Below, piece by piece: positions 55,438 to 64,000 of a stretch of 64,000 bases of DNA; within the stretch, counting starts at the first letter, position 1, and each line of letters begins with the position of its first letter. A program made the translations under genes and the position numbers. Below the pieces are notes generated by a model. That model had not been told where the DNA came from, ran no database searches, and was given only the letters and a program-made list of their open reading frames with translations. Source of the DNA: an uncultured Spirochaetaceae bacterium (GTDB lineage: Bacteria; Spirochaetota; Spirochaetia; SZUA-6; DRHE01); the NCBI GenBank assembly GCA_964551205.1, contig CAZKCQ010000001.1, forward strand, positions 5,746-69,745, written 5' to 3'.

Positions 55438-56538
55438 ATGACCAACCGGGAGCGCTTCCGGGCCGCCCTGGCCTTCGAGCCTATGGACAGGCTCTGCCAC
55501 GTGGAGTGGGGATTCTGGGAGGAGACCTACACTCGCTGGCAGGGGGAGGGGCTTCCCGGGCGGGTCGTCTATCCGGCCTTCGACAACCTGAGCGACGGAG
55601 AGGATCTGTTCGAGCATCTCGGGGTGATCCGCTTCGGCTACCTGTTGCCCAACCAGTACTTCCTTCCCCAATTCACCTGCAAGGTGCTCGAAGAGGACGA
55701 GCACTTTCGCCTGGAACGGAATGAGAGGGGAGTGCTGGTGCGGATCAACAAGGAGAATCGTACAATTCCTCAGTTTCTGGACTATCCCGTCAAAAAACGA
55801 GAAGACTACGAAAAGCTGCGGGAGCGTTTGGCGGCCAAGACCCAAAAACGCTATCCCGGCGATTGGCCCGAGCTGGCCCGCGCAATGAGGGAGCAGGAAC
55901 ATACGGTGGTATGCACCCACATGGACGGCTTTTTCGCCTACCCCCGGGAGCTGATGGGTCTGGAGACCTTTCTCTACACCCTGTACGACGACCCGCAGCT
56001 GATCCGGAGGATGGTCCTGGAGCGGGTGAATTTCTATATCGAGGTCTACGAACGGGCGATAAAGGAAACCGCCCCCGATTTCGCCTTCCTCTGGGAGGAC
56101 ATGTGCTACCGCAATGGCCCCCTGCTTTCACCGCAGATGTTCCGGGAGTTCCTGCTCCCCGCCTATCAGAAGCTCACTTCTTTTCTACGCGGCTTGGGGA
56201 TACAGAACATCATCGTAGACAGCGACGGGGACGTGACCGCCCTCTTACCGCTCTGGCTGGAGGCGGGGGTCACGGGGATTCTGCCCTTCGAGGTTCGCGC
56301 CGGCATGAACGTGGTGCGGATCGGCGAAGATTTTCCCGGCCTGCAGATCCTTGGAGGCATCGACAAGACCGAAATCGCCAAAGGCAGGCAGGCGATCGAC
56401 GCCGAGCTGGAGCGCGTGCTGCCGCTCATGGCCAGGAGGGGAGGCTATTGCGCCGCCCTGGACCACTGGGTGCCGCCGCAGATCGGCCTGGAGGATTACC
56501 GCTATTTCGTGGAAAAGGTGCGCCGCTTCAGGGGATAG
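55438..56538 (+). CDS. URO-D/MtaA-like family protein (paralogue 7)
   Basis: 'RTIPQFLDYPVKKRED', 'LWEDMCYRNGPLLSPQMFREFLLP' and 'NIIVDSDGDVTALLPLWLEAGVTGILPFEV'. Closest paralogue to the 6801 gene. Confidence 0.8.
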   Translation: MTNRERFRAALAFEPMDRLCHVEWGFWEETYTRWQGEGLPGRVVYPAFDNLSDGEDLFEHLGVIRFGYLLPNQYFLPQFTCKVLEEDEHFRLERNERGVLVRINKENRTIPQFLDYPVKKREDYEKLRERLAAKTQKRYPGDWPELARAMREQEHTVVCTHMDGFFAYPRELMGLETFLYTLYDDPQLIRRMVLERVNFYIEVYERAIKETAPDFAFLWEDMCYRNGPLLSPQMFREFLLPAYQKLTSFLRGLGIQNIIVDSDGDVTALLPLWLEAGVTGILPFEVRAGMNVVRIGEDFPGLQILGGIDKTEIAKGRQAIDAELERVLPLMARRGGYCAALDHWVPPQIGLEDYRYFVEKVRRFRG

Positions 56539-56562
56539 GGGGATCTATTGCCTGGAATACAA

Positions 56563-58086
56563 TCAGGATCCCTGGAATTCACTCGCCGCGCTGTTGAGAT
56601 CCCGTAGTGCAGGATACAGGCGCTTGTAGATCTCCCGCTTGCGGGCGTAATGTTCAGCCTGTTGCGGCCGGGGTATCACGGGCTCCCCTGTTTTTACCCA
56701 ACAGCGGACCAGCTCCTGGACGCTGCGGGACGGATCCAGAGCACCGAGTGCCAGCATGCCGCAGGCCAGGCAGCCGGCCTCTTCCACATCCAGGGGAGTT
56801 ACCGGCAGGTTGAAGACATCGGCCCTCATCTGCACCAGTTCGGGGCTGCGGGCCCCGCCGCTGCCGACGTGGATCACCCGCAGGGGGATTCCGGCCCGCT
56901 TTAGGGCCTCGAGGTTGAGGGCCATCTCCAGGGCGATCCCCTCCAAAATGCCCAGGGCGATATCCCTCTTTTCGGTAGCCAGTGACAGGCCGAGCAGCGC
57001 ACCCCGGGACTCCGGGTCCATAGAGGGCGTACCGCTGCCGGTGAAGTGGGCCAGAACCAGGGCGGGATTTCGACTCTCCAGGGCTTCTGCAACCATTTGC
57101 GGAAAGTAGCCGCCCCCTTCCGCCGCCAGGCTCTCAGCCCGCTCGCGGTCCAGATGATCCCGAAACCATGCCATCAGGTTCCCCCCGCTCAGGGAGAAAG
57201 CGTTGGTACAGTACAGGCCGGGTACGGCGGCGGGGGTACAGGTGAAGTGGCACTCCAGCATCGCTTCGGAGGTATTTGTAGCGCCGTAGGAGGCATTGAG
57301 GCTGTCGGTGCTGCCCATGGAGTTCACGACGATCCCCTCAGCTACCGCCCCTGACCCCAATGCGGCACAGACCTGATCCCAACCCCCGGATACATAGACA
57401 CAGTCCCCGGCCAACCCCAGATCTTCCGCCGGAATCCTGGCCACGGTGTCAACTACCTCCCCGGGAGCCACGATTCGGGCCAGCTGATCTTCCCGCAGCC
57501 GCGCGATCTCCAGCAGGCGCCTGGACCAGCCGCCCTGCTGGAGATCGTACAGACCGGTCCTGGCCGCCAGAGATGCGGAGATCGCGGGCTCTATCCCCAG
57601 GGTCAAGGCCAGCATGTCGTTCCAACAGAGAAATTTACTTGCCTGTTCGAAAACCCGGGGTTCCCGATCCCGCCACCAGAGGATCTTGAAGATCGAGGCG
57701 ATTGGATGGAGGCTCTGTCCGGTAAGCCTGAAAAACTCCGCCGGATCGATCGATTCGGCCAGAGTCTGTGCCTGCTCCACAGCCCTGTGGTCCAGAGCCA
57801 CTATGGTGTTGGACAGCGGGTTGCCCTTCCGATCCACCGGCAACACCGCCTCCCCCAGGGCGGAAGAGGCAATCCCGCCTATCCTGCCCTTTCCCACCTG
57901 TCCGGCAACATCCCGGATCACCTCGCGAATCGATCCGAGCATCCGGCGGGAGTCGAGCTCGTAGTAGCCCGGTTTGGGGCGAAGCAGGTCATATTCCCGC
58001 TGGGCGGCAGCCAGAGCCTCACCCTGCTCGTTGAAAGCGATTCCCTTTGTCGAGGTGGTTCCTATATCCAGACCCAATACAACCAT
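56563..58086 (-). CDS. FGGY family carbohydrate kinase
   Basis: 'MVVLGLDIGTTSTKGIAF' N-terminal motif. 507 aa. Immediately downstream of the glycyl-radical enzyme on the same strand. Confidence 0.8.
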   Translation of the reverse strand: MVVLGLDIGTTSTKGIAFNEQGEALAAAQREYDLLRPKPGYYELDSRRMLGSIREVIRDVAGQVGKGRIGGIASSALGEAVLPVDRKGNPLSNTIVALDHRAVEQAQTLAESIDPAEFFRLTGQSLHPIASIFKILWWRDREPRVFEQASKFLCWNDMLALTLGIEPAISASLAARTGLYDLQQGGWSRRLLEIARLREDQLARIVAPGEVVDTVARIPAEDLGLAGDCVYVSGGWDQVCAALGSGAVAEGIVVNSMGSTDSLNASYGATNTSEAMLECHFTCTPAAVPGLYCTNAFSLSGGNLMAWFRDHLDRERAESLAAEGGGYFPQMVAEALESRNPALVLAHFTGSGTPSMDPESRGALLGLSLATEKRDIALGILEGIALEMALNLEALKRAGIPLRVIHVGSGGARSPELVQMRADVFNLPVTPLDVEEAGCLACGMLALGALDPSRSVQELVRCWVKTGEPVIPRPQQAEHYARKREIYKRLYPALRDLNSAASEFQGS

Positions 58087-58119
58087 GTTTCAGGAGAGTA
58101 TCAGAGATAACGGGATCGA

Positions 58120-60354
58120 TCAGCTGCTGACGATGCGTCGCACCACTACCTCGCGCATCTCCGGGGAGAGGCTGGCAAAGTAGGCGCTGAAACCGGTCAC
58201 CCGTACCACCAGATCGGGATACTTCGACGGGTCCTTGTGGGCTTCCAACACCTTCTGTTTGTCCAGGATGTTGATGTTGATCTCCGTGCCCCCCAACTCG
58301 AAGTGGGTCTCCAGGAGAGTGCACATCTTCTCCACCCCGCCCTCCTCTTTGGAGAAGCCGGGATCCACCTCGATTTGAAGCGGGGCTGGATTTCCCCAAC
58401 CCGGTTGGACCGCGGCCACCGCCTCGGCTAAGGCAGTCAGTGCACCATCCTTGCGGAAGCCCGGATCCGGATTCGATCCGAAGGAGATAGGCTCTCCCGC
58501 TCTGCGTCCGTTGGGTGTGGCGCCCAGGTGCTTGCCCATGGAAATGGTGCTGGCCCAGGAAAACAGTCCCGGGATCATCTTGTGGCCCTTGGGGGTCGGT
58601 TTCTCCGACACGATGCCGGCGAAGCTCCGGACGATCCGTAGGGCGTATTCATCCCCTTTGGAGCCGCCGTATCCGTAGTGGGGAACGTTCTTCATCATGG
58701 CCCTTACCTTCGCCCCATCAGCAGCCGACCAGTTGCTGTCCAGGTGTTGAAGGAGCTCCTGCCAGGACAGCCGCCTCTCCTCCTCTATACGCTGCTCCAG
58801 CGCGGCGAAGGAGTCCGCCGTGGTAGCCAGGGCTGTGCCGTCTATGCAGAGGTTCACATATTCGAGCGCCCCGGGTTGGGAGACGTCCATGCCCTTCTCC
58901 ATCGTCCCGTAGCACAGCAGGTCAAGGACCAGCTCGGGGAACACCCTGTGCATGTGCTCCAGGTGAAAGTCCAGACCTTCGGCCAACACCTCCACGGCCC
59001 GCCTCAGGTGCTTCTCGAAACGATCCCACAACTCTTCCACGCCGGGCTGAATCGTGGAATCGGCCAGCATCTCCCGCAGGGCCACGTCGAAAACCCTGGC
59101 GAAGTTCAGCTTGATCAGATCGTTCATGCCGTATTCCCGGCCGGGAACAGCGAACCAGTGACAGCCGTTGTAGATCCGCTTTCTCGCCTCCTGGAGGGAA
59201 TAACCGTTCTTGGTATAGTCCCGATACAGGGAATCCAGCCCCAGGAATTTGGGAATACCGAGCTTGTCCTCGAACAGGATCTCCACACCGCGCTTCAGCA
59301 GCCCCCGATCGATGCCCTTGCCCACGGCCACGGCCACATTGGCGGGGATCTTCAGCTGGTGCACCGCTTCCAACACGAGATAGGAAACGGGGTTGCTGTT
59401 GTCCCTGCCCTGCTCGTCATAACCACCCAGCTGGATGTAGTCGCTGACCCGCAGCAGGTTCTGGGCGATGAGGAAGACCGCCTCATCCTCCGTGAGCCGG
59501 CCTTCCTCCACATCCTTCTTGTAATAGGGATAGAGGTACAGATCCAGGCGGCCCAGGGAACCGCTGTTGTCGTACATCCGGGCCGCCATCTGGTACCAGA
59601 GGATCCACTGGCAAGCCTCCCGGAAGGTTCGGGGCGGACTGTCGATCAGCCACTCGTTGATCTGTGCCATCTCGAGCATATTCCGCTTCAGCTGCTCGCT
59701 TCCCTGTACCTCGACCAGGCGTCGGGCTTCTTCGACATGCCGGCCGATCAGATTCTGCATCCCCAGAACCACGTCTTCCAGCCCGTCGTAGAATCCCTTC
59801 TTGTCCGAACCGTTGATCGTTCTGTATCGTCCGATCTTCTCCAGCAGTCCCCTCCAGCCCAGATCCAGACCGATGGAAAGATCCTGGGCCAGGTGCTGAA
59901 CCCCGCCGATCCCGGTCACCAGGCCGTACTTCTCCTGCTCCGGCACCAGGTGATCGTAGCGCAGCTCGGGATTCCAATGGGGCTGGCGGGTGGAGAAGAA
60001 GTTCATCATGTACCCGCCGGCCAGGGATCCGTAAGGATCGATGTACACCGGATGAGACTCGAGCAGACGACGGTAGTTGCGTCCCACGATGGCCGGCCCG
60101 AAGTAGCCGCCGCTCTCATGATTCGACTCCAGCTCCAGCCCCTTGATCAGGATATCAGTGATCGGTTCACCGGAAGGACCGATCAGGGAGACAACATCCC
60201 TCAACTCCTCGGGGGGAGGGATCACCGCCCAGTCATCATAGTCCATGGCACCGATGATCTGCTGCTTGGTCCGAGTGTGAGCAAGCTTGGCTTCTCTGAG
60301 ATGCTCAAGCCGCTTTTGATAGCTTAGAGTTTTTTCTTTCAGCTGCGTTGTCAT
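58120..60354 (-). CDS. Glycyl radical enzyme (PFL2/glycerol-dehydratase-like family), substrate unknown
   Basis: ATG at 60354 with a GGAGA RBS; the upstream TTG at 60369 is less likely. C-terminal glycyl-radical motif '...LVVRVTGFSAYFASL'. A conserved Cys-loop candidate is 'NGCHWFAVPG'. About 745 aa. Confidence 0.8.
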   Translation of the reverse strand: MTTQLKEKTLSYQKRLEHLREAKLAHTRTKQQIIGAMDYDDWAVIPPPEELRDVVSLIGPSGEPITDILIKGLELESNHESGGYFGPAIVGRNYRRLLESHPVYIDPYGSLAGGYMMNFFSTRQPHWNPELRYDHLVPEQEKYGLVTGIGGVQHLAQDLSIGLDLGWRGLLEKIGRYRTINGSDKKGFYDGLEDVVLGMQNLIGRHVEEARRLVEVQGSEQLKRNMLEMAQINEWLIDSPPRTFREACQWILWYQMAARMYDNSGSLGRLDLYLYPYYKKDVEEGRLTEDEAVFLIAQNLLRVSDYIQLGGYDEQGRDNSNPVSYLVLEAVHQLKIPANVAVAVGKGIDRGLLKRGVEILFEDKLGIPKFLGLDSLYRDYTKNGYSLQEARKRIYNGCHWFAVPGREYGMNDLIKLNFARVFDVALREMLADSTIQPGVEELWDRFEKHLRRAVEVLAEGLDFHLEHMHRVFPELVLDLLCYGTMEKGMDVSQPGALEYVNLCIDGTALATTADSFAALEQRIEEERRLSWQELLQHLDSNWSAADGAKVRAMMKNVPHYGYGGSKGDEYALRIVRSFAGIVSEKPTPKGHKMIPGLFSWASTISMGKHLGATPNGRRAGEPISFGSNPDPGFRKDGALTALAEAVAAVQPGWGNPAPLQIEVDPGFSKEEGGVEKMCTLLETHFELGGTEININILDKQKVLEAHKDPSKYPDLVVRVTGFSAYFASLSPEMREVVVRRIVSS

Positions 60355-60395
60355 TGCTTTTCTCCGCAAATATATAGCCCAATCACTGTAATATA

Positions 60396-61352
60396 CTATA
60401 TTCGTCGGGATTTTAAGAATATGGAATCTACTATATTTCGAAATCTTTCAATTTGCCCCCGCGGCAGCGGCTCCAGATCCGCCGCCGGGTTGTCCATCCC
60501 CAAACTCCTGTACTTATCTCCTGCCAGAGGATGGAAGGCCAGGAGCTCCAGGGCGATCTCGGCCGAATCCCGGGAGTTGCCCCGTCCCGGTTTGACCGCT
60601 TGTTTCCCCCATCTCAGCTCCTTCAACTCCCGAACGAAACGGGCAATCGCCTCCACCTCCTCCGGAGTGTCGTTGACCGTGGGGATGACCGGGAGGCGGA
60701 AGATGATCGGCGTGTCCGTTTCCGCCAGGCGGCGGGCGTTGGCCAGGATCAGCTTGTTGTTCACTCCGGTGGTTTGCCGATGCTTCTGGCCGTCCAGGTG
60801 CTTCAAATCCATCATTACCAGGTCCAGAAGCGGGAGGAGGGAGGCGAAGTCGTCCCAGGATGCATGGCCGGAGGTTTCTATGGCGGTGTGTATTCCCGCC
60901 TGCCGGCAGGCTTCCAGGATCGCTCTGCTGAATTCCAGCTGCATCAGAGGCTCGCCCCCGGAGAGAGTCACCCCGCCGCCGGAGTTCCTGTAGAAGGCAG
61001 AATCTCGAAGGATCTCCTCCATGACCTGCTCCACCGTCATCTGCTCCCCCACCATCACAAGGGCATTGGTGAAGCAGTTCTCGACACAGGCACCATGGAT
61101 TGTGCAGAGGCTGCGCTCGAAGCGCTTCTGCCCGTCAACGATGGAATGGGCGTGAACCGGACAGATCTCCACGCAGGCCCCGCAGCGAATGCAGAGCTCG
61201 GGATACACCTGCAGCTCCCGCTGCCGCCCGATTCCCTCGGGATTGTGGCACCAGAAACAGCGCAATGAGCATCCTTTGAGGAACACGGTCGTTCTAATGC
61301 CGGGTCCGTCGTGAATCGAGAAACGCTGGATGTTGAAGATCGTACCGGTCAT
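60396..61352 (-). CDS. Glycyl-radical enzyme activating protein (radical SAM, with ferredoxin-like insert)
   Basis: 'FSIHDGPGIRTTVFLKGCSLRCFWCHNPE' is the CxxxCxxC radical-SAM cluster motif. 'CIRCGACVEICP' gives the extra 4Fe-4S ferredoxin motifs typical of GRE-AEs of the PFL2 branch. Sits directly upstream of the GRE. Confidence 0.85.
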   Translation of the reverse strand: MTGTIFNIQRFSIHDGPGIRTTVFLKGCSLRCFWCHNPEGIGRQRELQVYPELCIRCGACVEICPVHAHSIVDGQKRFERSLCTIHGACVENCFTNALVMVGEQMTVEQVMEEILRDSAFYRNSGGGVTLSGGEPLMQLEFSRAILEACRQAGIHTAIETSGHASWDDFASLLPLLDLVMMDLKHLDGQKHRQTTGVNNKLILANARRLAETDTPIIFRLPVIPTVNDTPEEVEAIARFVRELKELRWGKQAVKPGRGNSRDSAEIALELLAFHPLAGDKYRSLGMDNPAADLEPLPRGQIERFRNIVDSIFLKSRRI

Positions 61353-61530
61353 AGGCGACGAATCCAAACTACTCACTTTATAGCTAAAATTCAATTGGGG
61401 TATCCAAGAGGATCACGGATTCCAAATCCGAGTCAAGCACAAATTAACAAAATCATACAATTTCCAACAAATATATGGTTGACTTTTTGCCTATTATGAG
61501 ACAAAAATTTCCGGGAGCCGGTGATTGTCT

Positions 61531-62322
61531 ATGTACGAAACGAGAAAACGCGTCATTTTTGATCTCCTCGGGCAAAGAGGAACCGTTTCGATCGCTGAAT
61601 TGAAATCCACCCTCGGCGTCAGCGACATGACCGTGCGCAGGGACATCAAAATGATGGCCGAAGAAGGCCTCCTCAGACGAGTGCACGGCGGCGCTGTAGC
61701 AATCGAGGAGCAATACGAGGATACGTCTTTTCTCTCCCGGCAGGTGGAGGAGCTGGAACGGAAACAGGCCATCGCCAGCCGTGCCATGGAGTTCCTGAGT
61801 GGGGGAGAATCCATCTATATTGATGGAAGCACCACCTGCGGGGAGTTGGCCAAACTGCTCGCAGCCACCGACAAGAGTTTTCTCGTGGTAACGGACAGCC
61901 TGTACGTGCTTCTGGAACTGAACAAGAAAAGGAACATCGAGCTCCTCGTGCTCGGTGGTGTTTTGGACAAGGACGGGAACACCTTCGACGGCATCCTCAG
62001 CGTTGACAACGCCCGCAAGGTTATGGTGGATTGCTGTTTCTTCTCGGCAAAAGGATTCTCTACAGACTACATCAGCAATGCAGTCATGACCGGCAGCCAG
62101 GTAAAGCAGTTGATGATCCGCCAGGCCCACAAATGCTTCCTTCTGGCCGATTCCACCAAGTTCGGCAAACGTGGGGTGATCAAGCTCTGCGATTGGGAGG
62201 ATGTCGATGTTCTGGTCTCCGACGACTCACTCGACCGACTGGAGCTAGAACCAGTCGCACAACAAAAAACGATAATCCATCTGGTTCACATCCCGCTCAT
62301 ATCAGCCAAGGGTGTTTCTTGA
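61531..62322 (+). CDS. DeoR/GlpR family transcriptional regulator
   Basis: 'RKRVIFDLLGQRGTVSIAELKSTLGVSDMTVRRDI' HTH followed by a DeoR C-terminal domain. Divergent from the GRE-AE/GRE/kinase operon. Confidence 0.85.
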   Translation: MYETRKRVIFDLLGQRGTVSIAELKSTLGVSDMTVRRDIKMMAEEGLLRRVHGGAVAIEEQYEDTSFLSRQVEELERKQAIASRAMEFLSGGESIYIDGSTTCGELAKLLAATDKSFLVVTDSLYVLLELNKKRNIELLVLGGVLDKDGNTFDGILSVDNARKVMVDCCFFSAKGFSTDYISNAVMTGSQVKQLMIRQAHKCFLLADSTKFGKRGVIKLCDWEDVDVLVSDDSLDRLELEPVAQQKTIIHLVHIPLISAKGVS

Positions 62323-63359
62323 AGGCTCTGGTCCTCTACGGTCCCGGCGACTACCGGGTGGAGGACGATTGGCCGGATCCCCAGGTTCAAGCGGGGTGGG
62401 CACGGATCAGAGTTCACTACGCCGGCATCTGCGGATCCGACCTGCCCCGCTTCGCCGTCACCGGATCGTATCATCACCCCATGATTCTTGGCCACGAGTT
62501 TTCCGGGGTGGTCGATACGCCGGCGCCGGGCTCGACAAGGTTTGAAGCGGGACAAGCGGTAGCGGTTCTGCCGATCATCCCCTGCGGCAGCTGTGCAGGC
62601 TGCGCAACCGGCCAGCCGTTTCACTGCAGCAGCTATCAGTTCCTCGGTTCCCGCAACGATGGGGGTTTTGCCGAGTACTGCCTGGTACCGGAGAACAATC
62701 TTTTCCCCCTGCCGGAAAAGCTGGACCTGCGCATCGGCGCCTTTATCGAACCCATCGCCGTGGCCCTGCACGTGCTGCGCCGCTCCGCCTTCCGGCCGGG
62801 GCAGGATGCAATCGTGTACGGGGCCGGTACGATCGGTATCCTCATTGCGCTCTGGCTCGGAGTGTTCGGGGCCAAACGCGTCGCGATTGCCGATATACGG
62901 CCGCAGAGCCTGGAAACCGCGCGCTCGGTCGGGCTCGAGGAAGCAATCGATGCCCGGGGACTCGGAGTCACGACAAAGTCGGATGGCGGCGCGGCCTCAG
63001 CGACAGAGAGCGGCTTCGATGCCGCTTTCGAAGCGGCGGGTTCTTCGGCGGCCCTGCTCTCAGCCATAGAGATTGTCAGAAGCTCGGGCCGGATCACAGT
63101 GGTCGGCAGAGACACCAAAGACACGGTGATACCCCTGTCCAGCTTCGAGCGATTGATGCGCAAGGAGATCGCCCTTCAGGGCTGCTGGGGATATAACCTC
63201 AACGGTGAAGAGGACTTTGTGCGGGATCGGCTGCGCCGCGGCAGCTTTCCGGCCGCAAAACTGATCAGTCGCGAGATCGGTCTGGAGGACGCGCCGGAGA
63301 CGATCCGGCACATGATCGCCGGAGACATGTACTTCAGCAAAGTAATGGTGAGAATATGA
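62319..63359 (+). CDS. Zn-dependent alcohol/polyol dehydrogenase (MDR family)
   Basis: A TTG start overlaps the DeoR stop, giving 'MKALVLYGPGDYRVEDDWP...'. 'GICGSDLPRF...PMILGHEFSGVV', 'CGSCAGCATGQPFHC' and 'YGAGTIG' motifs. 346 aa, whereas the ORF-track start at 62031 would give 442 aa. Confidence 0.75.
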   Translation: MKALVLYGPGDYRVEDDWPDPQVQAGWARIRVHYAGICGSDLPRFAVTGSYHHPMILGHEFSGVVDTPAPGSTRFEAGQAVAVLPIIPCGSCAGCATGQPFHCSSYQFLGSRNDGGFAEYCLVPENNLFPLPEKLDLRIGAFIEPIAVALHVLRRSAFRPGQDAIVYGAGTIGILIALWLGVFGAKRVAIADIRPQSLETARSVGLEEAIDARGLGVTTKSDGGAASATESGFDAAFEAAGSSAALLSAIEIVRSSGRITVVGRDTKDTVIPLSSFERLMRKEIALQGCWGYNLNGEEDFVRDRLRRGSFPAAKLISREIGLEDAPETIRHMIAGDMYFSKVMVRI

Positions 63360-64000
63360 AAGCAGCCATGATTCACGCCAAGGGCGACCTGAGACTGGAA
63401 GACATATCGATTCCGGAGGTGCCCGCCGGTTCGATCCGGGTCAAGGTGCAGGCCTGTGCCATCTGCGGGACGGACCTACGCATCTACCGCAAGGGAGATC
63501 ACCGCGCGGAGTACCCGGTGGTGGTCGGACATGAGATCGCCGGTATTGTGGAGGCCGTGGCCTCAGGCATAAAAGGTGTCCGGGAGGGGGATCGGGTCTG
63601 TGTAGCCCCCGGGCACGGCTGCGGTGAATGCCGCATGTGCCGGTCAGGACAACCCAATGTCTGCCTCAACCCCTTCCCCTCCCTCGGCTACAAGGTCAAC
63701 GGAGGTTTCGAGGAGTACTTCGCCGTTCCGGAGAATATCTTCCGCCTTGGCTTCGTTAATCCGATTCCCCAAAGCTTGAGCTTCCGCCAGGCCTCGATGT
63801 CGGAGATCATCGCCTGCTGCCTCAATGGACAGCGAAACAGCCCGGTGCGGGAGGGGGACGTGGTCCTGATCATCGGGGCCGGACCCGCCGGGATCATCCA
63901 CTCTCAGCTGGCCCGCATGCGGGGCGCCGGCAAGGTGATCCTGACCCAGCGCAGCCGACCCCGCCTGGAGCTGGCGGCGGAGCGTTTTGCCATCGACCGG
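63356..64000 (+). CDS. Zn-dependent alcohol dehydrogenase (MDR family), 3'-truncated by the window end
   Basis: ATG at 63356 overlaps the previous stop in an ATGA arrangement. 'MKAAMIHAKGDLRLEDI...CAICGTDLRIYRKG...VVGHEIAGIV...CGECRMCRSGQPNVC...IGAGPAGI'. Confidence 0.8.
   Translation, partial: MKAAMIHAKGDLRLEDISIPEVPAGSIRVKVQACAICGTDLRIYRKGDHRAEYPVVVGHEIAGIVEAVASGIKGVREGDRVCVAPGHGCGECRMCRSGQPNVCLNPFPSLGYKVNGGFEEYFAVPENIFRLGFVNPIPQSLSFRQASMSEIIACCLNGQRNSPVREGDVVLIIGAGPAGIIHSQLARMRGAGKVILTQRSRPRLELAAERFAIDR

Noticed and set aside
58678-60327. 549 aa plus-strand ORF antisense to the glycyl-radical enzyme
   Set aside because: Shadow ORF. The GRE on the minus strand has unmistakable Gly-radical and Cys-loop motifs, and the antisense translation has none.
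1-64000. Looked for CRISPR arrays, tRNA/rRNA genes, transposases, integrases and phage genes
   Set aside because: No regularly spaced direct repeats, no tRNA-like cloverleaf candidates in the short intergenic regions, and no DDE/tyrosine-recombinase-like ORFs were seen. The low-GC island has no associated mobility gene in this window.

Overview
This 64 kb window is a high-GC (about 60-65%) bacterial chromosomal segment with dense coding and no rRNA, tRNA, CRISPR array or transposase/integrase that I can support. Almost every gene belongs to carbohydrate, polyol or cyclitol metabolism. There are 5 Gfo/Idh/MocA oxidoreductases, 4 complete Zn-dependent alcohol dehydrogenases plus fragments, 3 xylose-isomerase-like TIM-barrel sugar-phosphate isomerases, 2 FGGY kinases, 2 PfkB-type kinases, a GH13 alpha-glucosidase, a GH42-like hydrolase and two CUT1 sugar ABC transporters. 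Five regulators are present (IclR, LacI, 2x DeoR, ROK). A GldA/GldF/GldG-like ABC-2 cluster with a DUF4340 gene sits at 21.4-26.1 kb.

Five things stand out:
- Seven paralogues of a uroporphyrinogen-decarboxylase (URO-D/MtaA)-like family are scattered through the window, one carrying an in-frame stop, with no corrinoid protein nearby.
- A heptose-type module (GmhA-like isomerase, an HldE-kinase domain fused to a HAD hydrolase, then a deoxyhypusine-synthase-like protein) is flanked by URO-D-like genes.
- A myo-inositol-3-phosphate-synthase homologue sits inside a LacI-controlled operon that otherwise looks catabolic.
- A glycyl-radical enzyme with its activating enzyme sits next to an FGGY kinase and a DeoR regulator.
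- A roughly 12.7 kb low-GC island (39.4-52.1 kb) carries a complete sugar-utilisation cassette and is bordered by decayed gene fragments.

Several palindromic operator candidates and sigma70-like promoters are visible in the divergent intergenic regions. All family assignments come from reading motifs in the translations and are not database hits.
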